A stretch of 64,000 nucleotides of DNA from NCBI GenBank assembly GCA_951406725.2, contig OX597823.1, positions 24,366,001-24,430,000 on the forward strand. Direction: 5' to 3'. Below, one piece after another: positions 50,994 to 62,266 of the stretch (its first letter is position 1; each line of letters starts with the position of its first letter). The stretch comes from Octopus vulgaris. Taxonomy: Eukaryota. A program made the translations under genes and the position numbers. The notes beneath the pieces were generated by a model. The model worked only from the letters and a program-made list of their open reading frames with translations. It ran no database searches and was not told the origin of the DNA.

Positions 50994-53711
50994 TCTTTAT
51001 ATATATAAAACTGAGAATGTGTGTCTGTCTGTCTGTCTATCTGTGTGTTTCCCTAAAACTTGAGAACTACACAACCAATTTCATTCAAATTTTACACATG
51101 CCTTACTTAGGGTCCATGTAGTTTCATGGGCAAAAAAATGTTCAACTTCTTGCCTAGAGCGAGCCCATAGCAATATATCTTCTCCACTATTTCAGTATTA
51201 TGTGTTAAAAGTGAAACAAAAACATTTCTCTATTTTATGTCAGATACTTTCACTTTAACAATAAAAATAATAATAACAATTGAATTATATGTAGTAAGTA
51301 ATAATTAAAATCAAACTAAAGTATAATATAATCGTAACATTAAAAAAAAGTAAAAATAGCAATTGGTATAAAATTGCATCAATGACTTGAACTTGAATAA
51401 GTGGTTTCACATGAATGGGAATAAATTAAAAATAAAATTAGCGTGCAGAAATGGAATAGTCCAGATGGATAATAAAAAATTAAATTAAAGAAAAGACTAT
51501 TGTCTATAAAGTATACAATGTAGAGAAAAAAGAAGATTGAATGGACGTGTTTTTTTTGCGCTCTGTGAAATTCGGTTAAAAAAGAAAAAAGAACAAAAAG
51601 TGAATGGTTGTTGTTGTGAAATTTTGAACATCGTTGATGCGGTTTCGCGTTTCACTGGTTCTGCGCGTTGCACTTATTCGGTTCGGGAGGCCGTTTTTTG
51701 GTCTGAGGCGACTATGAGCCGCCTCTACCAAACGGATGAGATGGAAGGGAGAAATTTCTCTGAAAATTCGTCGACATCTGAGGAGGAGTTGGCGGTGGAA
51801 AAAATGGAAAGCACCTACGCAGGTATAACGAAGAAGTCAACAGAAAAAGAGATAGACCTGGCTAAGTTGACGGGCTTCCAGGAATTCATGAAGGAGGACG
51901 AGAACGGAGAGGTCGAGCTGCTGCCTCCAGCAGGGCGTGGAGACTGGTTCCATCGTAGAACCATTAAATATAAAGTATTTATGAATGGAGGTAGAAAAAT
52001 GGAAGTGATTAACATGGAAGCAATTGAAGAGGCTCTCAAACAGACAGGAGAAGAAATTGTGTACATGACAAAAGGATTAGAATATGGAACCATAACGGTA
52101 CAATTTAAAAGTGAGAAAGCAGCCAGGAATATAGCAGCCAAGGTGGTGAGTACAGAAAAGATTTACTTGTTCCCCTCGTATTTGAATAGAAGGACCACCA
52201 GAATTAGGGTGGTGGGAATACCTCCACACCTAGAGGGCGAATTAATAACGGCTGCGGTTATCAAAGGAAATGAAGATAAAGTGGACATCCTCCATGCCAT
52301 TATGAAATATGAAGGCGTGAGAGGTGCCACACTAGAAATGAAGATACAGACGGAGGCGGAAGTTATAGAAAAGCTTACGGACAGTATAAAAACTGGGAAT
52401 ATTATTATGAGAGTGTGGGTGGAGGGTAGGGCGCCCAGGTGCTACAAGTGTGGCCAGAGGGGTCACATAAGAGCCTACTGCCCTCCCCCACCAAAGGAAA
52501 AAGAAAAGGAAATCGTCGCGGAAGCCCCAAAAGAGGAAGAAACCAAAGAGAACCAAACGGAAAAAGAAACGACAGAAGAAGAGGAGATGCAACAAGAGTG
52601 GGAAGAAGGAAGAAAAAAGAGAAAAAGAAAGAAAAAGAAAAACTGTGCAAAGCCCCAACCCACCCCAACACCACCCGCACCCTCTGAATCCCACCCTTCC
52701 CCTGCAGACAGTGAACCCACCCACTCCCCTCCAACAAGAAAACAAAAGAAAAATAATAATACAGACAGACAAGAGTTTGAAAACAAACCCAGGCCGAACA
52801 TTTATATTGTGACTGAACAGAAAGAAGTTAAAAGGGTAATGGAGGAGTATGAATGGTATGAAATGGATGGGACCAGATATGCAGTGCTGGAAAAGAAGAA
52901 TATAGATGAGTTTGTGTTGAGGTGTGAGAGGGAGAATTGGGAGGTGAAGGATACAAGAATGAGCGATGAATTCGTGGAAAGTATGGAGGACAGTTTCGGA
53001 GTAAGAATGGATATGGAGGGTCTTCATATTGGGAATGAACATTCAGGTGACAGTGAAAACAAAAGGACAGGTAAGTGATGCTGGCGGAGGGGGCCATTAG
53101 CATCGCTTTCATATTATCATTTTCATTTTAATATTCATTTGCTCATAAATTTAATCATATTGTTCTATGTCCCCCATGTTTTGTTATGTCTGCCATTCTT
53201 CGTAGCCCCTGGTGGGTAATAAAGAAATTACATGGAAGAAAGCACCTTCGAAAAGTGTCTTGCTGCAACTATGAAAGGTATCTAATCAGAGGCGATAAAT
53301 TCGCCACAATAGAAGCAAGGTTCGAGTCAACGGAGCGTGCAAGGGAGTACTCAACTTGAACTTGCAAAGTGGAAATATTTTACTTTTACCTTTATATCTG
53401 GGACGTCCTACGTCCCGGAAAAAAATTTTAAATGCCCCCCAGCCCCCACCCAGAAGTTGAGGTCGGCTGGATTGTAGCCACACTTCTATACAGATCCAAT
53501 TGATCGAAATTGCAAGACACGGACCTACAATTCCAGTCTGTTATATATTTTGAGTATTGTTATCACTAGCGATATCAAGATATAACTTTGTATTTTGTAT
53601 TTTATGTGTAGATGTATATATATAGATGTACATGTAATATGTACACATATATATACACATATATACATGCACTAGCACTATGACCCGGCAACGATGGGTC
53701 TTTAATGCTAG
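50994..53711 (+). mobile_element. Complete non-autonomous Helitron (5' TC ... hairpin ... CTAG 3', inserted at A|T) containing an ORF1-like gene
   Basis: 5' A|TCtttatatatataaaactgagaatg; 3' GACCCggcaacgatGGGTC-tttaatg-CTAG|T. Removing it gives ttcaa|tatttaatatatg, matching tacaatatttaacatatg upstream of paralogous exon B'2. Confidence 0.85.
51714..53078 (+). CDS. Intact 454-aa non-LTR retrotransposon ORF1/gag-like protein (RRM-like region, CCHC zinc knuckle, E/K-rich and Pro-rich tail); L1/Tx1-like by inference
   Basis: First ATG at 51714. TRIRVVGIPP and VWVEGRAPR-CYKCGQRGHIRAYC (CX2CX4HX4C). CpG-rich leader 51600-51713, AATAAA at 53218. No ORF2 follows. Confidence 0.82.
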   Translation: MSRLYQTDEMEGRNFSENSSTSEEELAVEKMESTYAGITKKSTEKEIDLAKLTGFQEFMKEDENGEVELLPPAGRGDWFHRRTIKYKVFMNGGRKMEVINMEAIEEALKQTGEEIVYMTKGLEYGTITVQFKSEKAARNIAAKVVSTEKIYLFPSYLNRRTTRIRVVGIPPHLEGELITAAVIKGNEDKVDILHAIMKYEGVRGATLEMKIQTEAEVIEKLTDSIKTGNIIMRVWVEGRAPRCYKCGQRGHIRAYCPPPPKEKEKEIVAEAPKEEETKENQTEKETTEEEEMQQEWEEGRKKRKRKKKKNCAKPQPTPTPPAPSESHPSPADSEPTHSPPTRKQKKNNNTDRQEFENKPRPNIYIVTEQKEVKRVMEEYEWYEMDGTRYAVLEKKNIDEFVLRCERENWEVKDTRMSDEFVESMEDSFGVRMDMEGLHIGNEHSGDSENKRTGK

Positions 53712-53809
53712 TATTTAATATATGTGTGTGATGCATGTGATGTGTATTTGTGATTAAGTTGATGGATGACTATAAAATATATATTTTTTGTGTTTTTTTT
53801 AACTTCCAG

Positions 53810-54043
53810 TTGATGACAAGCCTTTCATGATGAAAAAAGTTAGCATACCAAAGAAGGCTACAATAAAAGAGCTTCAGGGTATGAAATTAAAGGAGTGTGA
53901 CGAAGCTTGCAGTCAATATGCAAGATGTAACTCTTATCAGTACAATAAGAAAGAGAAGATATGTGATCTGAGTCATGCGACTGAGTTGAACAATGAACTT
54001 ATGCCTAATGATGGAAGCTGGGATCTATACATTATTAATCCAG
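53810..54043 (+). CDS. Exon B'4: PAN/apple domain type B' (DDKPFMMKKVSIP...WDLYIINP)
   Basis: ttccag| ... CAG|gtcagt, 234 nt, overlaps ORF 53827..54051. Closest to B'2. Confidence 0.9.
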
Positions 54044-54119
54044 GTCAGTAGAGTGTTTCCATTTTATTGCATGCATGTATGTGTGTATGCAAAGCAGATG
54101 TTAAAGGATGATCATGATA

Positions 54120-55560
54120 TCAAGAGTCTATATACGGGGATCTCACATAACAAAAAACTTCATATACTCAAACACTTCCTAGATCTTTGACCCAACCCCC
54201 AACCTGATATCTCCACACTTCGTTATCTGACTGAATTTTTTCTCTCCCTCAACTGCTTCTCATTCATGGGGTATTTTTATCAACAGGTCTTGGGAGTGGC
54301 CATGGGAATGAGAATGGGCCCCATCTATATGAACCTATTTGTTGGCTATAGTGAGGCTCAAATATTCTCACGATTCACTGGTCCCACTCCCGAACTATAC
54401 ATTCTCTATATTGATGACTGTATCGGTGCAACCTCACTCTCCTGCAAACAACTAGACTCTTTCCTCTCTTTTGTCCAATCCTTTCATCCTGCCCTCGAAT
54501 TCTCCTGTACAATTTCCAACACTTCCATCGCATTTCTCAACATTTCAGCCAACATACACCTCTCCACTCTCACTACCTTCATCCACTAGAAACTCACCGA
54601 CTCACACTCATTGCTTAACTTCTCCTCCCACCCTACCCACACCAAGCTCTCCATTCTTTTCTCCCAATTCCACCATCTGCACAGGCTCTGAGATTCAGTC
54701 TCTACTCATAGCTCTCCACTTCATCCTTCATGGGATATCCCCTCACCACTATCCATACAGCCCTTGCTGGAGTACTTTCCATGGACCATGTCGCTGCTCT
54801 CTCACCTCACACCTGCCCTGCCATTGCCCGTTTTCTGTTTCCCCTCACCTCCCACTCATCCACACTACCCCTCCAACACACCATTCTCCAAGCCTTCCAG
54901 CAACTCCAGTGAGACACTGCCACCTCACACATCTTCCCCAACCTACCCCTTCCCTCCTTCTACCTTCCTTTCTTCACTCCTACCCACTTCTCTTCCTCTG
55001 ACACCTACTTCCTCTCTTTACTCCTATCCAACCCTCCTCAACCGGCTAACGAAACACCGCATTTGATTAAATGGAACATAATTGCAAAATCCATACTTTA
55101 TGTGAATGGACTGAATGAATGCAGGCTTTGTTTAGCTGAGAGAGTGCAGATCTTGTTCAGATCTAAGATCCCTAACTCTCTACAAAACTCTAGGTCAGAA
55201 ATTTTCACTAGTTGCATGCATATGTATAAATATTTTTTGAAGAATTAGAAAATTCTGCCTATCCCTGACTGACTTGATACCTCTTACCATTTAAGGTCTA
55301 AGGAGGATAGATCCTTTACCTTTTTACTTTCTATTTTTTACACTTTAGTTTTTGTGCTTTCGTTTCCTGTTTTTCATTTTGTGTTTTCCGTTTTTTTACT
55401 TTCTGCATTCTCTGTATGTTGCTTTCTCAGTTTTTACATGTTTCTTCTATTATTGAATTTTTTTAGTTCATTATGATGTGTGGTTTGCACCTGAAGAATA
55501 TGTTTGAGTATTTCTCAACATATGAAACTATTAGTAGCACTTAAATACATGTAATGTGCC
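54120..55560 (+). mobile_element. Degenerate Penelope-like element(s): RT fragment, GIY-YIG C-terminus, hammerhead-like motif
   Basis: SLYTGISH, YQQVLGVAMGMRMGPIYMNLFVG, YIDDC, IAFL (PLE RT); WNIIAKS..Y....CRLCLAER..I...NSRSEIFTSCMH (GIY-YIG). Confidence 0.85.
55486..55540 (+). ncRNA. Degenerate minimal hammerhead ribozyme motif
   Basis: tgcac CTGAAGA atatgt(t)tgag-tattt-ctcaacatat GAAA ctatta gtagca: 10-bp stem II intact, stems I/III imperfect; lies 3' of a PLE endonuclease. Confidence 0.6.
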
Positions 55561-57339
55561 CTTTAAATAATAATGATAATAATAATAATAATAATATATA
55601 TACATATATATATATATATATAATGTTAGGTTATGCTATATATACAGGGTGTAGTGAATAAACTGTTGTCTAAATTGTGCAAAAATGAAAATAACAGTGA
55701 CATCTCATTTTAACAGATATATTTACCAAAATTACAATAAAAACTCATGTAATTTACGCACTTTCTTTGCAAAAACAAAAATAAACTTTAGTGGGTGCAT
55801 AAATTACATGAGTAAATCATTTGCAGAATTTTTTAGAAATTCTTTTTATTGAAGAATGATGTACAAATGTAAACATTCATACTGGAAGTTGACTCATTTA
55901 ATGTCAGAATAAGTTTTTATGGAAAAAATATAATGAAGTTGACTTTTATTTATGTTGGACAGTATAATGCTTACTTTTCCTGTATAAATTTACTAATACC
56001 ATTAAATGCTTAACTACTTTTGAAGTTTGACATTCATGCTGGTAATCACAGTCCAGGCCATATTTTACATTGCTTGGAGTTTCTACCTATCGCAATTTCC
56101 TTAAATAGATTAGATTTTCTACACCTAAAGGCAGCAAGCTGGCAGAAATGTTAGTATGCCGGGCGACATGCTTAGCAATATTTCATCTCCCTTTACATTC
56201 TGAGTTCAAATATTGCCAAGGTCAACTTTGCCTTTCATCCTTTCAGAATCGATAAATTAAGTACCAATTGCATTCTGGGGTTGATTTAATCAACTGGGCC
56301 CCTCCCCAAAAATTTTGGGCCTTTTCCCTAGAGTGCAAAAGATTTTCTCCACATTGCACCTAGCTTGTGTTTGCTTCCAGGAAGCTATTGTTCCAGGAAC
56401 CTTCATTTACTTTATATGATGTTGAATGTTGTTTCTCATTCATGTTGAATTATGCAGCAATCTTATGTTCTCTTCATAGAACATTGAAGGTATGTATTAA
56501 TTTTGGTAATGTAGTTCTTTTGGTATAGTAGATTTTTGCTATTCTTGTTTATGTCTCCTTACAGACATGTATATTCTAACAAGTCGCTTCTTAAAATTCA
56601 CACCTCTCTTGTTCAATAAATACTGAGTTAAACTTGCAAAGCCGTTTATTTCCTCCTTTCAGTTTTTAATGCTTAGTTTAGCAAATTACCAAACTATCAG
56701 TTTGGTCTCCCAACTAAAACAGTAATGACACATTTTAAAGTTTGTTTGACATTTTATAAGTGTGAAAGTGATTAAAATTTCGATACTCCATATCAAATGT
56801 TCCAACAAGAATAGGCAGAAAATCAGAACTTGAGAAAAGAAGACACTTTCAACCAATCAGAATTCTGTTTACATTATCAGTTTGATTGGTCACCTTCCTC
56901 TGTTAGTTGAGTAAAGTATAATCCAAGCTGATGTTTACTGGTAATTAAACTTATTTTGCAAAATTTATGCATATTTATCAGCTTTGTTTTTGTTGTTGAG
57001 AATTATCAACAATTTTCCTGTAATCGTAGTTTGAGAAGACATACAGAAATATGCTAAAGATCAAACATAATCTCTTGTGAGAAAGAAATGTAAAATAAAG
57101 TTTATAACAAAGACAGAGTAATTTAATAGCTTTATAACAAAGACAGAGTAATTTAATAGCTTTCAGTGTGATACTTGTTAAACAGAAAATATTTTTATTT
57201 AATGAAAATTGAATAAAATCTAATCATAAGTAAGTGAAATAATGCTAAATACAACTAAATTGAAAACCTTTTTTCCCTGGCCAGATTGGCAATTCTGAAA
57301 GTTTTGGGGTGCAAATTTTACACAAGTAGAAGCTTTTTT

Positions 57340-57930
57340 TTAAATAGTTTTTATCCTGAAAATCACCTGCATATACATGGGTTTTTATAGTACATAAGTA
57401 TACCTTGAAATACTAAAGAGTAAATTTATTCAATAAAATTGCCATTGGCTTCAAGCATGGCCTCCAGATGACTTTGGAATCTCCTGCAACTCTTCTGGAT
57501 GGTCTCCTTCTTTAAGTTGGTGAATACTGCCATAATCTTTGCCTTCAGTTCATCTTCAGTGTTACAAGGAGTTTTTTTGGGGTCTCTTACTCAACTGTTC
57601 CCCACATATAATAACCAAGAGGGTTGCAGTCTGGGGAGTTGGGTGGCCTGATGTTAGGGATGATGTGGTTGCAGAAATTGTCTGACAGCCACGACTGGGT
57701 TCTGCTTGTGTGGCATGGTACAGAGTCCTTTTGACAGACATAAGGCATTCCAGCAGCCATCCTCTTCACCGAGCGCAGCACTTCCTTCTCCAGGCATCTG
57801 ATGTAGACTTCCATGTTGAGTGTGCGGTTGTGTGGGAAGATGAATGGAGGCATAACATTACTATCACTAGTGATCACTGCAAACACCATGATGTTGATTG
57901 AATGTTTGATTTTTATGTAGCTGATTCCTC
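57340..57930 (-). mobile_element. Tc1/mariner-superfamily (maT/DD37D-like) transposase C-terminal fragment
   Basis: IMVFAVITSD..VMPPFIF...YVCQKDSVPCHTS...PPNSPDCNPLGYYMWG. Confidence 0.8.
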
Positions 57931-57940
57931 TGCACTGCAC

Positions 57941-58342
57941 TAAGGTGGTGAGCTGGCAGAAACGTTAGCATGCCGGGTGAAATGCTTAGCAGTATTTCGT
58001 CTGCCGCTACGTTCTGAGTTCAAATTCCGCCGAGGTCGACTTTGCCTTTCATCCTTTCAGGGTCGATAAATTAAGTACCAGTTACGCACTGGGGTCGATG
58101 TAATCGACTTAATCCGTTTGCCTGTCCTTGTTTGTCCCCTCTGTGTTTAGCTCCTTGTGGGTAGTAAAGAAATAGGTATTTCATCTGCCGCTACATTCTG
58201 AGTTCGAATTCTGCCGAGGTTGACTTTGCCTTTCATCCTTTCAGGGTTGATTAAATAAGTACCAGTAATGCATTGGGCTTTATATAATCAACTTAATCCA
58301 TTTGTCTGCCCTTGTTTGTTCCCTCTGTGTGTAGCTCCTTGT
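57941..58342 (+). mobile_element. Well-preserved tRNA-type SINE with tandem duplication of its 3' part
   Basis: A-box-like gagctggcagaaacgttagc and B-box-like gagttcaaattcc; 57992-58175 repeated at 58176-58342. Decayed copies at ~270, 910, 6345, 9240, 15625, 31880, 46160, 56128. Confidence 0.85.
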
Positions 58343-58630
58343 GGGCCCTAAACAAATAAGAATCCTCTGCACTGTCCTCTGATTGACACACAAAACATTC
58401 TGAAATGTTCATATTGAAGCTTCCAGTGTGAATGCCAAGCAGTACAGCATGTCATTTCCAAATTTCTGGCAGAGTGAATTGCATCATGGTGCTGTTTTTC
58501 TCAGATGATGCCCAACTGACCCTAGTATACTGTATAGTTAATGAAGTCAAAAGCAAACAATGCACATGCACAAAATTAAGAAATATAGAATGGCAACAAT
58601 TTACACATTGTACCCTGTATATATATATAT

Positions 58631-59026
58631 ATAGGGAGAGTTCACAAAAGAAAACAAAAGACGAAGACAGGTGGTGTACAAAACAAACAGGTGTATTAGT
58701 ATAATGCTCAGGAATTGAAAAAGTCTTTTACATTTCAAACCAACTCTCTTCTACAGAAAGGGACACAGAAAACAACAAGGAGAGAAAAAAATGTGTGTAG
58801 TGGCTACCAATCTATCAGTCACCATGATAGATTGGTAGCCACTACACACATTTTTTTCTCTCCTTGTTTCTCTCCTTGTTTTTTTTCTGTGTACCTTTCC
58901 GTAGAAGGGCATAGGTTCGAAATGTAGAAGACTTTTTCAATTCCTGAACGTTATACTAATACATCTGTTTGTTTCCTACACCACCTGTCTTCGTCTTTTG
59001 TTTTTTTCATGAACTCTCCCCATATA
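58631..59026. repeat. Fold-back inverted repeat, ~190-bp arms, 9-nt loop (58817-58825)
   Basis: ...aaaaatgtgtgtagtggctaccaatctatc-agtcaccat-gatagattggtagccactacacacattttt...; arms pair out to gggagagttca/tgaactctccc. Confidence 0.92.
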
Positions 59027-59181
59027 TCACACGCTCACATGGTCGCACCAGTTGATCCTGTCATTTCTTATCACACACGAACTTCTCCACTGGACTTTCT
59101 ACCTATCTACCCTTTATGGATTCTCTTTTGGACATTTACCCTCCAGCTGCACCTCTCCTACATATGGGTCACTGTGGATTC

Positions 59182-59251
<70 letters not shown>

Positions 59252-60021
59252 TTAATAATAATAGAAAATTTGACAGTGCAAATATTCTAGTGTATATATA
59301 TATATATTATATTATATTATATTATATTAAAACAAGAGATTGGACGATTTTTGGTACTATTTATTCACCATTGCATGTGTGGCATTTGCTCTATAGGAGT
59401 CTCATCATCATTTTCATTTAACATTTGTTGTCCATGCTGGCATGGTTTAGACAGTTTGATCAGGGTGTGTACTTTGAGGGGCTGCACCAGATTCCAGTCT
59501 TATTTGGCACGATTTCTACAGCTGGATACCCTTCTTAATGCCAACCACTCCAAGAGTGTAATGTGTGCTTTTACGTGCCATTTGCATGACAACAGCATCT
59601 GCCACGACTATGATTTCACCCAACTTGATGGATCTTTCTCCTCAAACACAACATATTGCCAAAGGTCTTGGTAATTTGTCATCTCTTCTGTGAGGCCCAG
59701 TGCTTGAAAGCTGCTTTTTATGTGCCACTCATATGGTTGCTAGTTCCATGACACCAGCATTGGCCACATTGCCTCCATGAGGCCAAATACTCAAAAGGTG
59801 CTTTTTACATGCCACTGGTACGACTGCCAGTTGTGTGACACCGGTAACAACCACAACTATATAGATACAATTGCTACTGAGATGAACACATTCATCATTG
59901 TAGCAATAGTATCTATGTAAAAGGTTTGTATCTAAGTGTATGATGAAGCATGAATGTATGTATATTTGTATGTTATATTCATATATGTATGAAGATATAT
60001 ATATATATATATATATATATA

Positions 60022-60190
60022 TCAAATAATATTAGGGAGTATAACTCCAAACTTACAGGGAAAAATTCAATTTAGTATTAAATCAAATTTCCCAGTATAA
60101 ATATATAAAATATAAATTAGAGATAAAACCACTATTATGCAAGTCACACAGTGATAGAGATAAACCAATACATAAATAACCAATATATAT
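60022..60190 (-). repeat. Short terminal fragment of the same family as the 19665 element, adjacent to (TA)n
   Basis: atattaggga...ccaaa(c/t)ttacagggaaaaa..caatttag.attaaatc...attagaga(t/c)aaaaccactatt shared with 19680-19790. Confidence 0.75.
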
Positions 60191-60344
60191 ATAAATATAT
60201 AAATAATGTTTTTTTTTTAAATATATAACTTATAACTAGATCTCATAAACATTATTTATATATTTATATATATATATATTGGTTATTTATGTATTGGTTT
60301 ATGTCTGTCACTGTTTGACTTGCATAATAGTGGTTTTATCTCTA

Positions 60345-60398
<54 letters not shown>

Positions 60399-62266
60399 TT
60401 GCTCATATGTATATGTGGCTATGTATATGCAGGAGTATATGTGCATATAACAATTTCAGTCATTTAAGATGACATCTTCATACTGGAAAAAAATGGAAAG
60501 AAAAGTTGAAATAAATAGAAACTTCCATAATATCATTTGTGAAAGTTCCTATATTTCCTTTATAAAAATCACATGGGGCTGTACTTCCCATCCTACTGAT
60601 TGGTGCTTGTTGGTAGTGATGGCCATGGTTAATAAAAGTGCTTGCAGGCAAGTGGTGGTAGAAGGGATAGCAGAAAGTGTAGTAATGTTAGCAATTGTTG
60701 ACTCTCTTCATTGATGGGAATGGTAGCAGGTGTGTTTGTTGTTGGCAGGAGAAGGAAAATAATAGTAGTAGTAGTAGCAGGAACACTTAGGTTTCCTTAT
60801 GGCTTATAATGGTGTTTAATCTGGCTAGTAGTTGTGGTATTGGCTCATAGCATTTTTCAGTCTATGGCCTAGCAGTCATTGTTGTTGTGGTACCAGTAAG
60901 GGTTGCAGTATTGTTGTGATGGTTGTTGTCCTCCTTTCTCCACCATAGAAATTACAATGTGGTCAATATTTTATAATGAAGAACATTTCTTTGTTAATGT
61001 TTTAACATATACTTGTATTATCACCAAATTTATTGAGAGGGAAAATTAAAAAGCTAGGTTTTTTGTAACCTGTACACACGTCCAAATGTTCACTGGGTCC
61101 TGTTTTTCTATGTTCCCCTATTTTAATTTGTGCTCTGTGCTGGTTTGTTCATTGACATAGAGTATTTATTATTTGTCCAATATGATCCTTACCACATCCT
61201 AAGCATGTTATTATGTGTGTGTCTTTGTGTTTTGTCTTTGTCCCCACCTCTGCTGTGAAACTGGAGTTGGTTGGATTATGTCTCTGCGACTTAGCAGTTT
61301 GGCATGACAGAGCATTAGAATAAGTATCTCACAAATATAATTACTGAGTCCAATTCATTTCACTAAAACCCCTTCAAGGTAGTGCCCCAGTATGACCACA
61401 TTCCAATGACTGAAACAAGTAATGGATAAAAACTTACAAAAACACTCCCTTCCACATTGTCTCTCACTTTTTCCTCTCCCTACTCTCCTTCCTTTTTGCC
61501 AGGTTCTCTCTCTGTTACTTTTTCACTTTGCTTCTCTCTATATATGGTGAAGATGCTGACGACCGCTTTGTTCAAAGCCTCCCTTGACCTCAAGTGGCCT
61601 GAACTCTTTACATGAACACCACCCTGTACTTAACTCCATGTCCCCCTACATGGCCTTGCTATTTGCTTTTGAGCCAAATTAACTAACTAACTAACATATC
61701 TCTCTCTAGCTCCAAGATTTACAACTTATTTTATTATTTTATATTTATATATTTTACATTTTTTTCCTATTTAATGTTGTCCATTTTAGTTATTCCTTTC
61801 TCTTTTCATTGATTACAGGCCTCTCTTATTTTTTACCCCTCTCCCTTTCTGTCTGTTTCTTTCAGGCATTTGCTCTCAATCTACTTCTCTCAGCATACTT
61901 CTAACAACTGTACAACTTCACACATTTGATCTCCGTAATATAATGCAATAAAATTTTCCCTTAATGATCCGTTTGTGGTTTGCCATCCAGTTGTACTTGG
62001 AACATCCAATTCATCCAATTTAAGCAACCACAATAGTTGAGTGTACAAGGGGAACAAATAATATGAAATTGTGTTTATCATAATTTCTCCTACATTTGCT
62101 CTGTATATCATAACCAGTTTACTATACTGCATGCATGTATATTGTGCAAATGATTCATTTTATTTTAGTTAATATCTTATATTCTAAATATGTAATTATC
62201 TCCTCATTCTTCTCTTCTTCCTAACATATACTCACAATTGACACTAGTTTCTTTTATCAATTACAG

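Larger units (their letters stand above)
55645..58617. mobile_element. Tc1/mariner-like TIR element with TA flanks, containing nested insertions
   Basis: TA|cagggtgtagtgaataaactgttg at left and caacaatttacacattgtaccctg|TA at right are imperfect 24-bp inverted repeats. Confidence 0.6.

Noticed and set aside
52332-53042. 236-aa minus-strand ORF and other ORFs overlapping the ORF1 gene
   Set aside because: Antisense shadows of a purine-rich coding strand; low-complexity F/L-rich with no motifs.
57101-57163. 30-bp tandem duplication (similar ones at ~41157 and ~14045)
   Set aside because: Ordinary slippage duplications inside decayed repeats.
57941-58035. tRNA gene
   Set aside because: A/B-box-like motifs belong to a SINE head; no cloverleaf, followed by SINE body, many decayed copies.
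61545-61600. Possible hammerhead (ctgacga...caaag)
   Set aside because: GAAA box absent and stems unconvincing.
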